NCBI GenBank assembly: GCA_964496885.1
Contig: CAZCBG010000007.1
Span: 9,721 to 73,720 of the forward strand
Length of the DNA: 64,000 bases
Source: an uncultured Bacteroides sp.
GTDB taxonomy: Bacteria; Bacteroidota; Bacteroidia; Bacteroidales; JACABE01
Direction: 5' to 3'
The notes beneath the pieces are model-generated. The model searched no databases, was not told the origin of the DNA, and was given only the letters and a program-made list of their open reading frames with translations. This document shows positions 28,539-37,601 of this stretch, one piece after another (within the stretch, counting starts at the first letter, position 1; every line of letters begins with the position of its first letter). Both the position numbers and the translations under genes were made by a program.

Positions 28539-29783
28539 TTATAATTTAATGGCATTGGGATCGTGTTTATGTTTGAAAAAGATGGCAAATAAAAGAGCAA
28601 CTATCAAGGAATAAACTGCAAAAGTGAGCCATATTCCATGCCAGTTTTTATTGCCGTTAACCGTAAAAAAGCTTTGAATAATAATTCCACTGATGAAACT
28701 TCCAGATATCGCACCAAATCCATTTGTCATCATCATAAACAATCCCTGTGCACTCGAACGGATTTTGGGATCGGTATTGGTTTCAATAAACAATGAACCG
28801 GAAATATTAAAGAAATCAAATGCCATCCCGTACACGATACAGGAAAGAATAATCATCCATAAGCCATTGGCCGGATCTCCATAAGCGAACAATGCAAAGC
28901 GCAACACCCAGGCAATCATACTCATTAACATCACTTTTTTAATGCCAAATCTTTTCAAAAAGAAAGGTATAGCCAATATAAAAAGGGTTTCTGATATCTG
29001 CGAAATCGACATAATAATGGTTGAATACCTTACAACAAAAGAAGTGGCAAATTCCGGAACTTTTTTAAAATCATCCAGAAAAGTATCGCCATACATATTG
29101 GTTAATTGCAAAGCTGCACCCAAAAACATTGAGAAAACAAAGAAAAGTAGCATTTTGTAATTGGCAAACAGCTTAAATGCATTCAAGCCAAATAATTCAA
29201 TCCAACTCGATTTGGATGAAGTTTGTTTTTGGGGCAAGCATTTAGGTAATGAAAATGAATAAATTCCTAAAATAATGGAGGCAATGGCCGAAATGTAAAA
29301 TTGAACTTCTGTTGCTTTATTTCCTGATAGATTGGTGACCCACATGGCCATAATAAAGCCGATGGTGCCCCAAACACGAATAGGAGGAAATACCTTAACT
29401 ACGTCTAAATTATTATTTTTTAGCGCATTGTACGATATTGAATTCGCAAGCGAAATGGTTGGCATATAAAACGACATCGCGACAAGCATTACCCAAAAAA
29501 AGGTATCAGGATTGCTGACCTGGGCACAACAAAATATTGCTAATCCACTTAATATATGAAGAATACCGTATAATTTTTCGGCATTTAACCATCTGTCAGC
29601 GATAATACCCATTAATGTAGGCATAAACAAAGAAGCAATTCCTAATGTGGAAAAAATGGCGCCAAACTCAGCACCACCCCATTGTTTGGTTGCAAACCAA
29701 TAATTAGCAATGGTTATAAGCCAAGCTCCCCAAACAAAGAACTGTAAAAAATTCATCAATATCAATCGATTCTTAATACCCAT
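28539..29783 (-). CDS. nucleoside:H+ symporter (NupG/XapB MFS family)
   Basis: 414 aa with about 12 TM segments. The N-terminus RLILMNFLQFFVWGAWLITIANYW is characteristic of the NHS family. Confidence 0.8.
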   Translation of the reverse strand: MGIKNRLILMNFLQFFVWGAWLITIANYWFATKQWGGAEFGAIFSTLGIASLFMPTLMGIIADRWLNAEKLYGILHILSGLAIFCCAQVSNPDTFFWVMLVAMSFYMPTISLANSISYNALKNNNLDVVKVFPPIRVWGTIGFIMAMWVTNLSGNKATEVQFYISAIASIILGIYSFSLPKCLPQKQTSSKSSWIELFGLNAFKLFANYKMLLFFVFSMFLGAALQLTNMYGDTFLDDFKKVPEFATSFVVRYSTIIMSISQISETLFILAIPFFLKRFGIKKVMLMSMIAWVLRFALFAYGDPANGLWMIILSCIVYGMAFDFFNISGSLFIETNTDPKIRSSAQGLFMMMTNGFGAISGSFISGIIIQSFFTVNGNKNWHGIWLTFAVYSLIVALLFAIFFKHKHDPNAIKL

Positions 29784-29864
29784 CCTATTTCCTCCTTTTT
29801 AGTTTATATCAGTAAATATTAATTATTCATCTAACAACTTAATAACCCAATAACTATTAACAAA

Positions 29865-30449
29865 TTACAGACTTCCTTCTCTCTTTTTAATTTCATCTCT
29901 CACCTGGGATGCTCTTTCATAATCTTCATTCTCAATGGTGATTCTTAACAATTCCTCTAATTCATCCATTGAATAATCTTTTAATTTATTTGGATCTTCG
30001 TCAGGGTAATCTGTTTTTGTTTTTAAATCATTCTCATTTTCGGTCATGATGATGCCAGCGGATGCCAGCACATTTTCATAGGTATAAATCGGACAATGAA
30101 AGCGCAATGCCAATGCAACGGCATCAGAAGTACGGGCATCTATCTCTGCTTCTTTGTTTCCATCGCTGGCTATTAATTTAGCATAAAAAACGCCTTCTGA
30201 AAACTTATGTATGATTACTTCCGAAATTTTAAGATTAAAAGTAAGGGCAATGCTTTTAAACAAATCGTGCGTCAAAGGCCTTGTAGGTTTCATTTTCTCT
30301 AATTCTATTGCGATAGCTTGCGCTTCAAATCCTCCGATAATAATCGGCAAACGTCTTTCTCCGGTTGATTCACCAAGAATGAGGGCATAGGCTCCTGTTT
30401 GCGTTTGACTATAAGATAAACCGATAATGTCTAATTTGATCTTTTCCAT
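29865..30449 (-). CDS. bifunctional nuclease (DUF151) with a C-terminal UVR motif
   Basis: 194 aa. Contains RRLPIIIGGFEAQAIAIELE...RPLTHDL, with a UVR-like ELEELLRITIENEDYERASQVRDEI. Confidence 0.75.
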   Translation of the reverse strand: MEKIKLDIIGLSYSQTQTGAYALILGESTGERRLPIIIGGFEAQAIAIELEKMKPTRPLTHDLFKSIALTFNLKISEVIIHKFSEGVFYAKLIASDGNKEAEIDARTSDAVALALRFHCPIYTYENVLASAGIIMTENENDLKTKTDYPDEDPNKLKDYSMDELEELLRITIENEDYERASQVRDEIKKREGSL

Positions 30450-30492
30450 TATGGAATTGCTAATTTGAGCATGAATTGATAAAAATATATTG

Positions 30493-30500
30493 CAAAAATA
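30493..30500 (-). promoter_or_regulatory. candidate -7 box (TATTTTTG on the minus strand) for the nuclease-nupG-rlpA-thyA block
   Basis: It lies 43 nt upstream of the ATG at 30449. Confidence 0.4.
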
Positions 30501-30737
30501 ATTTTTTTTCTTTTAACTTTTGAATTTTAATATCTTTAAATCAATTTTTACAGCAAATTCAGTTTTTTTAGGACTCTTTTTCATAATTTTTCTTATTTAA
30601 AATATAAAATCACAAAATATTCATTTTGTGTTGTTTATAAAATATTTTAATTTTCACAAAACATTTCTAACAATGGAGTGTTAAGAAAAACAATTAAATA
30701 TATTTAGCAAAAATAACGATGTTTTGAAACTTTTTCT

Positions 30738-30745
30738 TAAGTTTG
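30738..30745 (+). promoter_or_regulatory. candidate -7 box (TAAGTTTG) for the pyrophosphatase gene
   Basis: It overlaps the TTG used as the start by the ORF track (30743). The first ATG lies 39 nt downstream, at 30785. Confidence 0.45.
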
Positions 30746-30784
30746 CTAAAAAAAATAAGAATATTGAACAAAAATTTACAATCT

Positions 30785-33211
30785 ATGAAGAAAATTTATG
30801 GCGTATTGGCGGCATTTTTATTGCCGGTTTTTAGTTTCGCAAGCGAAGCTAATCTGGTTATTCCTGAGGGTATTAGAAACGAAAGTATATTATACTGGGG
30901 GTTTTTAATTACAATTTTAGGAATGTTATTTGGTTTATACCAGTTTTTGAAAGTTAAAAAAATCAAAGCACATCAATCGATGCTCGATGTTGCTCAGGTT
31001 ATTTTTGAAACTTCCAAAACTTACCTTTTCCAACAAGGTAAATTCCTGCTGATATTATTTGCTTTTATCGGTTCAGCTGTCGCTTTTTATTTTGGCTATT
31101 TATCCGAATCTAGTTTTGGTTTTGGCGGTGTAGCCATGATACTTGGCTGGACTATATTGGGTATTTTAGGTTCATACAGCGTTGCCTGGTTTGGTATCCG
31201 AATGAATACATTGGCAAATTCAAGAATGGCCTTTGCTTCTTTAGAAAGAAAACCTATCAAATTATTAAACATTCCTTTGAATGCAGGTATGAGTATTGGC
31301 GTTATGCTGATTTCTCTCGAATTAATCATGATGCTCATCATCTTGATGTTTGTTCCGGGTAAATATGCCGGTGCAAGTTTTATTGGTTTTGCAATCGGTG
31401 AATCTTTAGGTGCTTCTGCTTTACGTATTGCAGGTGGTATTTTTACAAAAATTGCAGATATCGGTTCCGATTTAATGAAAGTAATTTTCAAAATCGGCGA
31501 AGACGATCCACGTAACCCTGGTACCATTGCCGATTGTGTAGGTGACAATGCTGGAGATTCTGTAGGTCCTACCGCCGATGGTTTCGAAACTTACGGTGTT
31601 ACAGGTGTTGCATTAATTTCTTTTATATTATTGGCCGTAACGGGTGCTGATCTTCAGACTAAACTATTGGTATGGATTTTTGTAATGAGAATCATGATGA
31701 TCATTACCTCTATTGTTTCTTTTGGAATTAATAACGTAATCAGCAAAGCCAGATACAATCATGTAGATGACCTGGATTTTGAAAAACCATTAACTTCATT
31801 GGTATGGCTGACATCTATTTTGTCTATCATCGTAACTTTTATTATCAGTAAATTAATCATCTCCGATATCAATGGAAATACGGATATGTGGTGGATACTT
31901 TCTACTATCATCAGTTGTGGAACATTGGGTGCTGCTTTGATTCCTGAGTTTACCAAATTGTTTACCAGTCCTAAATCTACCCACGTGAAAGAAGTAGTGG
32001 AAGCATCCAAAGAAGGTGGTGCATCTTTAAATATTTTATCAGGTTTAGTAGCCGGTAACTTCAGCGCTTTCTGGCAAGGAATGGTGTTTTTCTTATTGAT
32101 GTTTTTGGCTTATTATGCAAGTACATTTGGCTTAGACGGGTTTATGATCTATCCTTCTATTTTTGCTTTCGGTCTGGTAGCCTTTGGAATGCTCGGTATG
32201 GGACCTGTTACCATTGCGGTTGACAGTTACGGTCCGGTTACAGATAATGCACAATCCATCTATGAATTATCACTGATTGAAGAAATTCCTAATATTGATG
32301 CAGAAATTGAAAGAGATTTTGGTTTCAAACCTGATTTCGAAAAATCAAAATATTACCTCGAAGCCAACGACGGTGCAGGTAATACTTTTAAAGCAACTGC
32401 TAAACCAGTACTCATTGGTACAGCTGTGGTAGGTGCAACCACCATGATTTTCTCTCTTATTCTTGTCATCCAACATTCTTTAGGTATTCAACCAGAAATG
32501 GTATTGAATTTATTGAACCCATATTCAATTTTCGGATTCTTACTGGGAGGTGCCGTGGTATACTGGTTCTCAGGAGCTTCTATTCAGGCAGTATCTACCG
32601 GTGCAAGCCGTGCCGTTGCTTATATCAAGGAACATATTAACTTAGACCCCAATGCACCTAAAAAAGCAGACGTTGAAAAATCAAGAGCTGTTGTAAAAAT
32701 ATGTACACAATATGCTCAAAAAGGTATGTTGAATATTTTTATTGCTATTTTCTCTTTTGCATTGGCATTTGCTTTCTTAGCATCACCTGTCGATTTAGTG
32801 GCTGGCATGAGCGAAGCGGATAAATTAAAAGCTGCAGCTCCTGTTTCCTTATTTGTAAGTTATTTGATTTCAATTGCCTTCTTCGGTTTGTATCAAGCTA
32901 TATTTATGGCCAATGCCGGCGGAGCCTGGGACAATGCCAAAAAAGTAATTGAAGTGGATATGAAAGAAAAAGGAACCGATTTGCACGCAGCTGCTGTTGT
33001 GGGTGATACTGTTGGTGATCCTTTTAAAGATACTTCTTCTGTAGCCCTCAACCCAATTATTAAGTTTACCACTTTATTTGGTTTACTGGCTATGGAAATT
33101 GCCATTTCTGAAGCATTCAGACCAATTGCTCATTATGTTGGGATTGCTTTCTTAGCTGTAGCTTTGTATTTTGTTTACCGTTCTTTCTACAAAATGAGAA
33201 TCAAACAATAA
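30785..33211 (+). CDS. hppA: membrane-integral ion-pumping pyrophosphatase (M-PPase), divergent subfamily
   Basis: 808 aa from the ATG at 30785. Catalytic motifs are retained: GGIFTKIADIGSDL, EDDPRNPGTIADCVGDNAGDSVGPTADGFETY, DSYGPVTDNA, GNTFKA, GGAWDNAKK and GDTVGDPFKDTS. Many other conserved positions are substituted. Confidence 0.85.
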   Translation: MKKIYGVLAAFLLPVFSFASEANLVIPEGIRNESILYWGFLITILGMLFGLYQFLKVKKIKAHQSMLDVAQVIFETSKTYLFQQGKFLLILFAFIGSAVAFYFGYLSESSFGFGGVAMILGWTILGILGSYSVAWFGIRMNTLANSRMAFASLERKPIKLLNIPLNAGMSIGVMLISLELIMMLIILMFVPGKYAGASFIGFAIGESLGASALRIAGGIFTKIADIGSDLMKVIFKIGEDDPRNPGTIADCVGDNAGDSVGPTADGFETYGVTGVALISFILLAVTGADLQTKLLVWIFVMRIMMIITSIVSFGINNVISKARYNHVDDLDFEKPLTSLVWLTSILSIIVTFIISKLIISDINGNTDMWWILSTIISCGTLGAALIPEFTKLFTSPKSTHVKEVVEASKEGGASLNILSGLVAGNFSAFWQGMVFFLLMFLAYYASTFGLDGFMIYPSIFAFGLVAFGMLGMGPVTIAVDSYGPVTDNAQSIYELSLIEEIPNIDAEIERDFGFKPDFEKSKYYLEANDGAGNTFKATAKPVLIGTAVVGATTMIFSLILVIQHSLGIQPEMVLNLLNPYSIFGFLLGGAVVYWFSGASIQAVSTGASRAVAYIKEHINLDPNAPKKADVEKSRAVVKICTQYAQKGMLNIFIAIFSFALAFAFLASPVDLVAGMSEADKLKAAAPVSLFVSYLISIAFFGLYQAIFMANAGGAWDNAKKVIEVDMKEKGTDLHAAAVVGDTVGDPFKDTSSVALNPIIKFTTLFGLLAMEIAISEAFRPIAHYVGIAFLAVALYFVYRSFYKMRIKQ

Positions 33212-33234
33212 TTCTTCAACTGAATTCTATATTT

Positions 33235-33262
33235 AAAAGCCTGATAACCTCAGGCTTTTTTT
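33235..33262 (+). terminator. intrinsic terminator after the pyrophosphatase gene
   Basis: AAAAGCCTGA-taacc-TCAGGCTTTTTTT. Confidence 0.8.
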
Positions 33263-33420
33263 ATGCTTGCATTTAAGCATATTTTATTTAAACTGTGCGT
33301 TGCAATTATACTGCTTTTTCGTACCTTTACCCTGAATTTTAAACAGCATGCTTTATAAGCTTCATTCAGAATACCTATAAAGCTTCTCTTGATTTGTGAA
33401 ATACAATAAATTTAGCTAAA

Positions 33421-36400
33421 ATGAAAGTTTTAAAAAATAAACTGCTGCTAAAATTAATACTGTCACTTCTGTTTTCTTTGTTGGTATTTGTTTTCGAAAC
33501 TTTTGAAAACCATCAAAACAAAGTTGAAAATATTGCAAAATCTATCCGCTCTTGCTTAATTTCAAAAGAAAAACAAGTGGATGCCCTTTTTGCTGATATA
33601 AAATCAAATTATCAATCAAATGGAAACTGGGAAACCTTACAGCAAATAATTCCGTCAGGCATTTTCAAGGATGAAGGCTTGCTTTTTTTAATTTACCAAA
33701 AAGATACCTTAACGTATTGGTCTGACAATGGGGTTCCTATTGATTTATTGAAACCCAAAGAATTTACTCAAAACCCCATCCTCAAACTCCAGAACGGCTG
33801 GTACAGGGTAAAATATTCAAATCTGCAAGAAACCCAGATTGTAGCATTGATATTGATTAAAAACGAATACAGCTATCAGAATGATTACCTGGTAAACAAT
33901 TTCCAACCAGATTTTAAAGCCCCTCCACAAATTGGAATTGACCTAAAAAAATCAAATTATCAGATTACAGATGCCAACGCCGCCTATTTATTTTCTGTTC
34001 ATTTGATTGCAGCTTTACCCATAGGCGATCAGGCTCTTTATATCTTATTGCTGCTGTATCTTATCGCATTTATTTGTTGGATTTTACTGCTGTTTGATTT
34101 GTACGGCAGCATAAATATTTTGTATAGATGGCCACTGCTGCGATTTGTATTATTCGTAATCGCTGTTATGTTTTTAAGAGCCTTGTTGTTTTTCTTTCAT
34201 TTCCCTGCGGCTTTATCCGATTCAAAACTTTTTAGCCCTTATTTTTATGCATCCACAATGTACCTGCCTTCGTTGGGAGATTTATTCATCAATGCCTTGC
34301 TTTTCTTATCTATTGCATACCTGTTTTTTACAAAGTTAAATACAACCGCATACAGCCAAATGAAAAAGCTGAAGCTTCAGTTATTGAGTGTTGTGATGTT
34401 GTTTACCATTATACTGTTTTTCTATTTCTATGTGGTTTTGTTCAAAAGTATCATTATCGATTCAAGCCTGCCTTTGGTGTTGAATAATATTTTTGGATTC
34501 AGCATCGAGAGTATCATAGGGAGTATCGTGATTTTTGCGATCAGTACAGGATTTTTAATGATAGCCTTTCAATTGTTTCGCATTGCTTATCACTGCTTGA
34601 ACGATTTTAAAGAATTTGTAATTTGCTTGTTGATAAGTTTGCTGATTTTTGTTTTACTTCCTTTCCCAGACTTTATGAAAGAAGGGCTATTCTATCCGCT
34701 AAGTTTTTTAGTTCTGTTGAGCATTTTCTTAATTTTCGAAAAATACCGACATAAAGTATCCGTTTTTCAGAAAATTATGGTAATTATTTTATTCTTTTCT
34801 TTATTTTCAACCTATTCTTTGTATAAATACAACGACATCAAAGAAAAAGGGAAACGCAAATTATTGGTTCAGAAACTTACCGCCGAAAGCGATCCAATCG
34901 CAGAATTTCTAATCAAGGATATTATGCCCAAAATTGCCAGTGATACCATGATTGTTAGGCAATTAAAATACTTCTATCCCAAAGATTCAATTATTAATTA
35001 TTTAAAATCAAGCTATTTTAAAGGATATTTAGGAAAATATACAGAGCAAATTACCTTGTGCAAAGATTTTGAAACATTGATCATCAATCCTGATTTTGCA
35101 ACTATAAATTGCGACAACTACTTTTACGATAAAATCACCGCCATCGGCAAACCAACCACGTGCGAAAACTTTTATGCCCTCGATTATGGAAATGGGAGCA
35201 ACAGCTATATTGCTTTGTTCCGTTTTTTTGAAAACCATAACGATTCATTGTTGCGGACTTCGTTGTACATAGAACTCGATGCAAAGTTTGTTGCCAAAGA
35301 CCTGGGTTATCCAGAATTGCTGATTGATAAAAAAATGGATATCAACCCCGATTTAAGTAATTATTCTTTTGCACGTTATAGTAACGGATTGTTGGTGACA
35401 CATTTTGGGAAATGCTTATATAAAGATGTATTGATGGATCACGACAAATCCAACACCTTTAGTTTTGAAGATACAGATGAATACAATCATTTACATTACC
35501 ACGTAAACGCAAAAACAGATTTTATTATAAGTACGCCCAATCTTAGTTTGATGGAAAGACTGGCACCCTTTTCCTATATTTTTATTTTCTTTGGTTTGAC
35601 AAGCCTCTTATTTGGGCTGATTACTGGTAATATTATATATGTTATCCCTCTCGCTTTTAACTTTAAAACAAGACTCCAACTCTCTATTTTATCTATTATC
35701 GTTGTTTCTTTCATCATTATTGGCATTACTACTTTGTTCTATATTTCTCAATTGAATAACGAAAAAAACTCGGAATTACTCTCAGAAAAGACGCATTCAG
35801 TTCTTATCGAAATAGAGCATAAAATTGGATCCAAGCCAACGATAACACCCCAATTAAATGTTGAAATTGGCAATTTACTGGTAAAATTGTCAAATATTTT
35901 CTTTACCGATATCAATTTGTTTGACGTAAAAGGCAATCTGTTGGCTTCATCCCGCTCACAAATTTTTGATGAAGGTTTGATTTCCCGCAAAATGAATCCA
36001 ATAGCCTATTTTCAATTAAAAAATATTGGAAAAACCCAATTTGTTGAAAAAGAAAATATTGGCAAGCATGAATATTTATCAGCTTACATGCCTTTTCGCA
36101 ACAACGACAATAAGCTGGTGGCTTACATCAACCTCCCCTATTTTGCCAAACAAAGTGAATTAAAGAAAGAGATTTCATCCTTTTTAAAAGCCTACCTCAA
36201 CATTTATTTATTTTTAATTGCGGTGGCCGTAATGATTGCATTGTTCGTCTCCAATTACATAACACGTCCGCTCAAATTGATAAAGGACAAATTAAGTAAA
36301 TTGAAATTAGGAAGTAAAAATGAAAAAATAGATTGGATGCGGAACGATGAAATTGGTAACCTGATAAAAGAATACAACAGCATGGTGGATCAATTGGCTA

Positions 36401-37104
36401 AAAGTGCCGAATTGCTAGTGCAATCGGAAAGAGAAGTGGCCTGGCGTGAAATGGCCAAACAGGTTGCCCACGAAATCAAGAACCCCCTAACGCCCATGAA
36501 ACTAAGCATTCAGCATTTACAAAGAGCATGGAACGACAAGGTCCCCGACTGGGATGAAAGGCTGAAACGCTTTACCAATTCTATTGTTGAACAAATTGAT
36601 TCCTTGTCGACCATCGCTTCCGAATTTTCTGATTTTGCAACGATGCCCCGTTCTGATTTTGAAAAAGTAAAAATTTCAAGTGCCCTGCAATATGTTATTG
36701 ATTTATTTAAAGACAGCACAGAAAACAACATCTTATTTGAAACCCATATACCTGACAATTGCTTTGTGTATGCCGACAAGAAACAACTCATCAGCGTATT
36801 TAACAATGTGATTAAAAATGCAGTACAAGCTATTCCTCCAAGTGCAAAAGGGAAAATCAGCATTATAGTTGAACCCGGAGCTGATGTTTTTCAGATTAAA
36901 ATTTCCGATAATGGAATAGGTATCAGCAGCGAACAGTACGAAAAAATATTTTCACCCTATTTTACAACCAAATCAGGAGGTACCGGTTTAGGCCTGGCGA
37001 TGGTTAAAAACATCATCGAAAGCTGTGGTGGGAAAATATGGTTTACATCGGAAGTTGGTGTGGGAAGTTGTTTTTTTATTGAATTGCTTGAGTATAAGGA
37101 CTAA
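33421..37104 (+). CDS. very large polytopic sensor histidine kinase (about 12 hydrophobic segments, HAMP, NtrY-like HisKA, HATPase_c); no adjacent response regulator
   Basis: 1227 aa. It has the H-box AHEIKNPLTPM, the N-box FNNVIKNAVQA, and the G-boxes DNGIGI / GGTGLGLAMV. The N-terminal ~950 aa alternate hydrophobic helices with three soluble segments. Confidence 0.85.
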   Translation: MKVLKNKLLLKLILSLLFSLLVFVFETFENHQNKVENIAKSIRSCLISKEKQVDALFADIKSNYQSNGNWETLQQIIPSGIFKDEGLLFLIYQKDTLTYWSDNGVPIDLLKPKEFTQNPILKLQNGWYRVKYSNLQETQIVALILIKNEYSYQNDYLVNNFQPDFKAPPQIGIDLKKSNYQITDANAAYLFSVHLIAALPIGDQALYILLLLYLIAFICWILLLFDLYGSINILYRWPLLRFVLFVIAVMFLRALLFFFHFPAALSDSKLFSPYFYASTMYLPSLGDLFINALLFLSIAYLFFTKLNTTAYSQMKKLKLQLLSVVMLFTIILFFYFYVVLFKSIIIDSSLPLVLNNIFGFSIESIIGSIVIFAISTGFLMIAFQLFRIAYHCLNDFKEFVICLLISLLIFVLLPFPDFMKEGLFYPLSFLVLLSIFLIFEKYRHKVSVFQKIMVIILFFSLFSTYSLYKYNDIKEKGKRKLLVQKLTAESDPIAEFLIKDIMPKIASDTMIVRQLKYFYPKDSIINYLKSSYFKGYLGKYTEQITLCKDFETLIINPDFATINCDNYFYDKITAIGKPTTCENFYALDYGNGSNSYIALFRFFENHNDSLLRTSLYIELDAKFVAKDLGYPELLIDKKMDINPDLSNYSFARYSNGLLVTHFGKCLYKDVLMDHDKSNTFSFEDTDEYNHLHYHVNAKTDFIISTPNLSLMERLAPFSYIFIFFGLTSLLFGLITGNIIYVIPLAFNFKTRLQLSILSIIVVSFIIIGITTLFYISQLNNEKNSELLSEKTHSVLIEIEHKIGSKPTITPQLNVEIGNLLVKLSNIFFTDINLFDVKGNLLASSRSQIFDEGLISRKMNPIAYFQLKNIGKTQFVEKENIGKHEYLSAYMPFRNNDNKLVAYINLPYFAKQSELKKEISSFLKAYLNIYLFLIAVAVMIALFVSNYITRPLKLIKDKLSKLKLGSKNEKIDWMRNDEIGNLIKEYNSMVDQLAKSAELLVQSEREVAWREMAKQVAHEIKNPLTPMKLSIQHLQRAWNDKVPDWDERLKRFTNSIVEQIDSLSTIASEFSDFATMPRSDFEKVKISSALQYVIDLFKDSTENNILFETHIPDNCFVYADKKQLISVFNNVIKNAVQAIPPSAKGKISIIVEPGADVFQIKISDNGIGISSEQYEKIFSPYFTTKSGGTGLGLAMVKNIIESCGGKIWFTSEVGVGSCFFIELLEYKD

Positions 37105-37123
37105 ATAACAGCTTAGTTTAAAT

Positions 37124-37164
37124 AAAAATACAGAATCTCTTCAAATGAAAGATTCTGTATTTTT
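37124..37164. terminator. bidirectional intrinsic terminator between the convergent kinase and biotin-carrier genes
   Basis: Perfect 15-bp stem AAAAATACAGAATCT-(11 nt)-AGATTCTGTATTTTT, with A/T runs on both sides. Confidence 0.75.
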
Positions 37165-37196
37165 ATAATACTTTATTTATAACCAGAGGGTTTTGC

Positions 37197-37541
37197 TTAC
37201 TTAATTTTAATCAGTATTTGCGATTTGTTTACATTTTCCCCTTCTTTAACGTACACATCTTCAATAACGCCATCCATTGGAGCCAGCAATACATTATCCA
37301 TTTTCATTGCCTGAAAAGTAATTAATTTTTCTCCTTTTTTTACTTTCTGTTTTTTCTTTACAAAAATTTTAAGAATAGTCCCCGGAATAAAAACATAAAT
37401 TTCACGTGGATCTTTTGCTTTATAAGGTTTCTTTTCCTGATTTCTTTTAGGAATAATCGTGCGATAAAGAAGATTATCAATGTTAAGATCCTGGTATTTG
37501 CTGTAATCTTTTTCTTCTGGATTTTGTTCTATTTCTTCCAT
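37197..37541 (-). CDS. biotin/lipoyl-attachment domain protein (biotin carboxyl carrier for the adjacent carboxyltransferase)
   Basis: 114 aa. It has the biotinylation motif EAMKM-like (FQAMKMDN) in a C-terminal hammerhead domain. Confidence 0.8.
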   Translation of the reverse strand: MEEIEQNPEEKDYSKYQDLNIDNLLYRTIIPKRNQEKKPYKAKDPREIYVFIPGTILKIFVKKKQKVKKGEKLITFQAMKMDNVLLAPMDGVIEDVYVKEGENVNKSQILIKIK

Positions 37542-37601
37542 TATTTTTCAGTTTGAATGAAATTTAATTAATAATTTAAACTCAGTTAAAACAGGAAAGA
37601 A

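Noticed and set aside
30743-30784. N-terminal extensions given by the ORF track: hppA from the TTG at 30743, dprA from 13825, mce from 42684, Dabb from 62640.
   Set aside because: For hppA, dprA and mce the extension contains or overlaps a TAnnTTTG promoter box. For Dabb the extension overlaps the upstream peptidase gene. In every case an in-frame ATG begins the conserved part of the protein.
31096-31548. Antisense ORFs of 60-170 aa inside strongly supported genes. Examples: 31096..31548 in hppA; 43949..44467 and 44224..44583 in dnaE; 11692..12102 in gldE; 36510..36863 in the kinase; 55815..56186 in the DUF4175-like gene.
   Set aside because: Each lies fully within a gene with clear family motifs on the other strand. 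None has a recognisable domain, a promoter box or an independent terminator. They are typical shadow ORFs.
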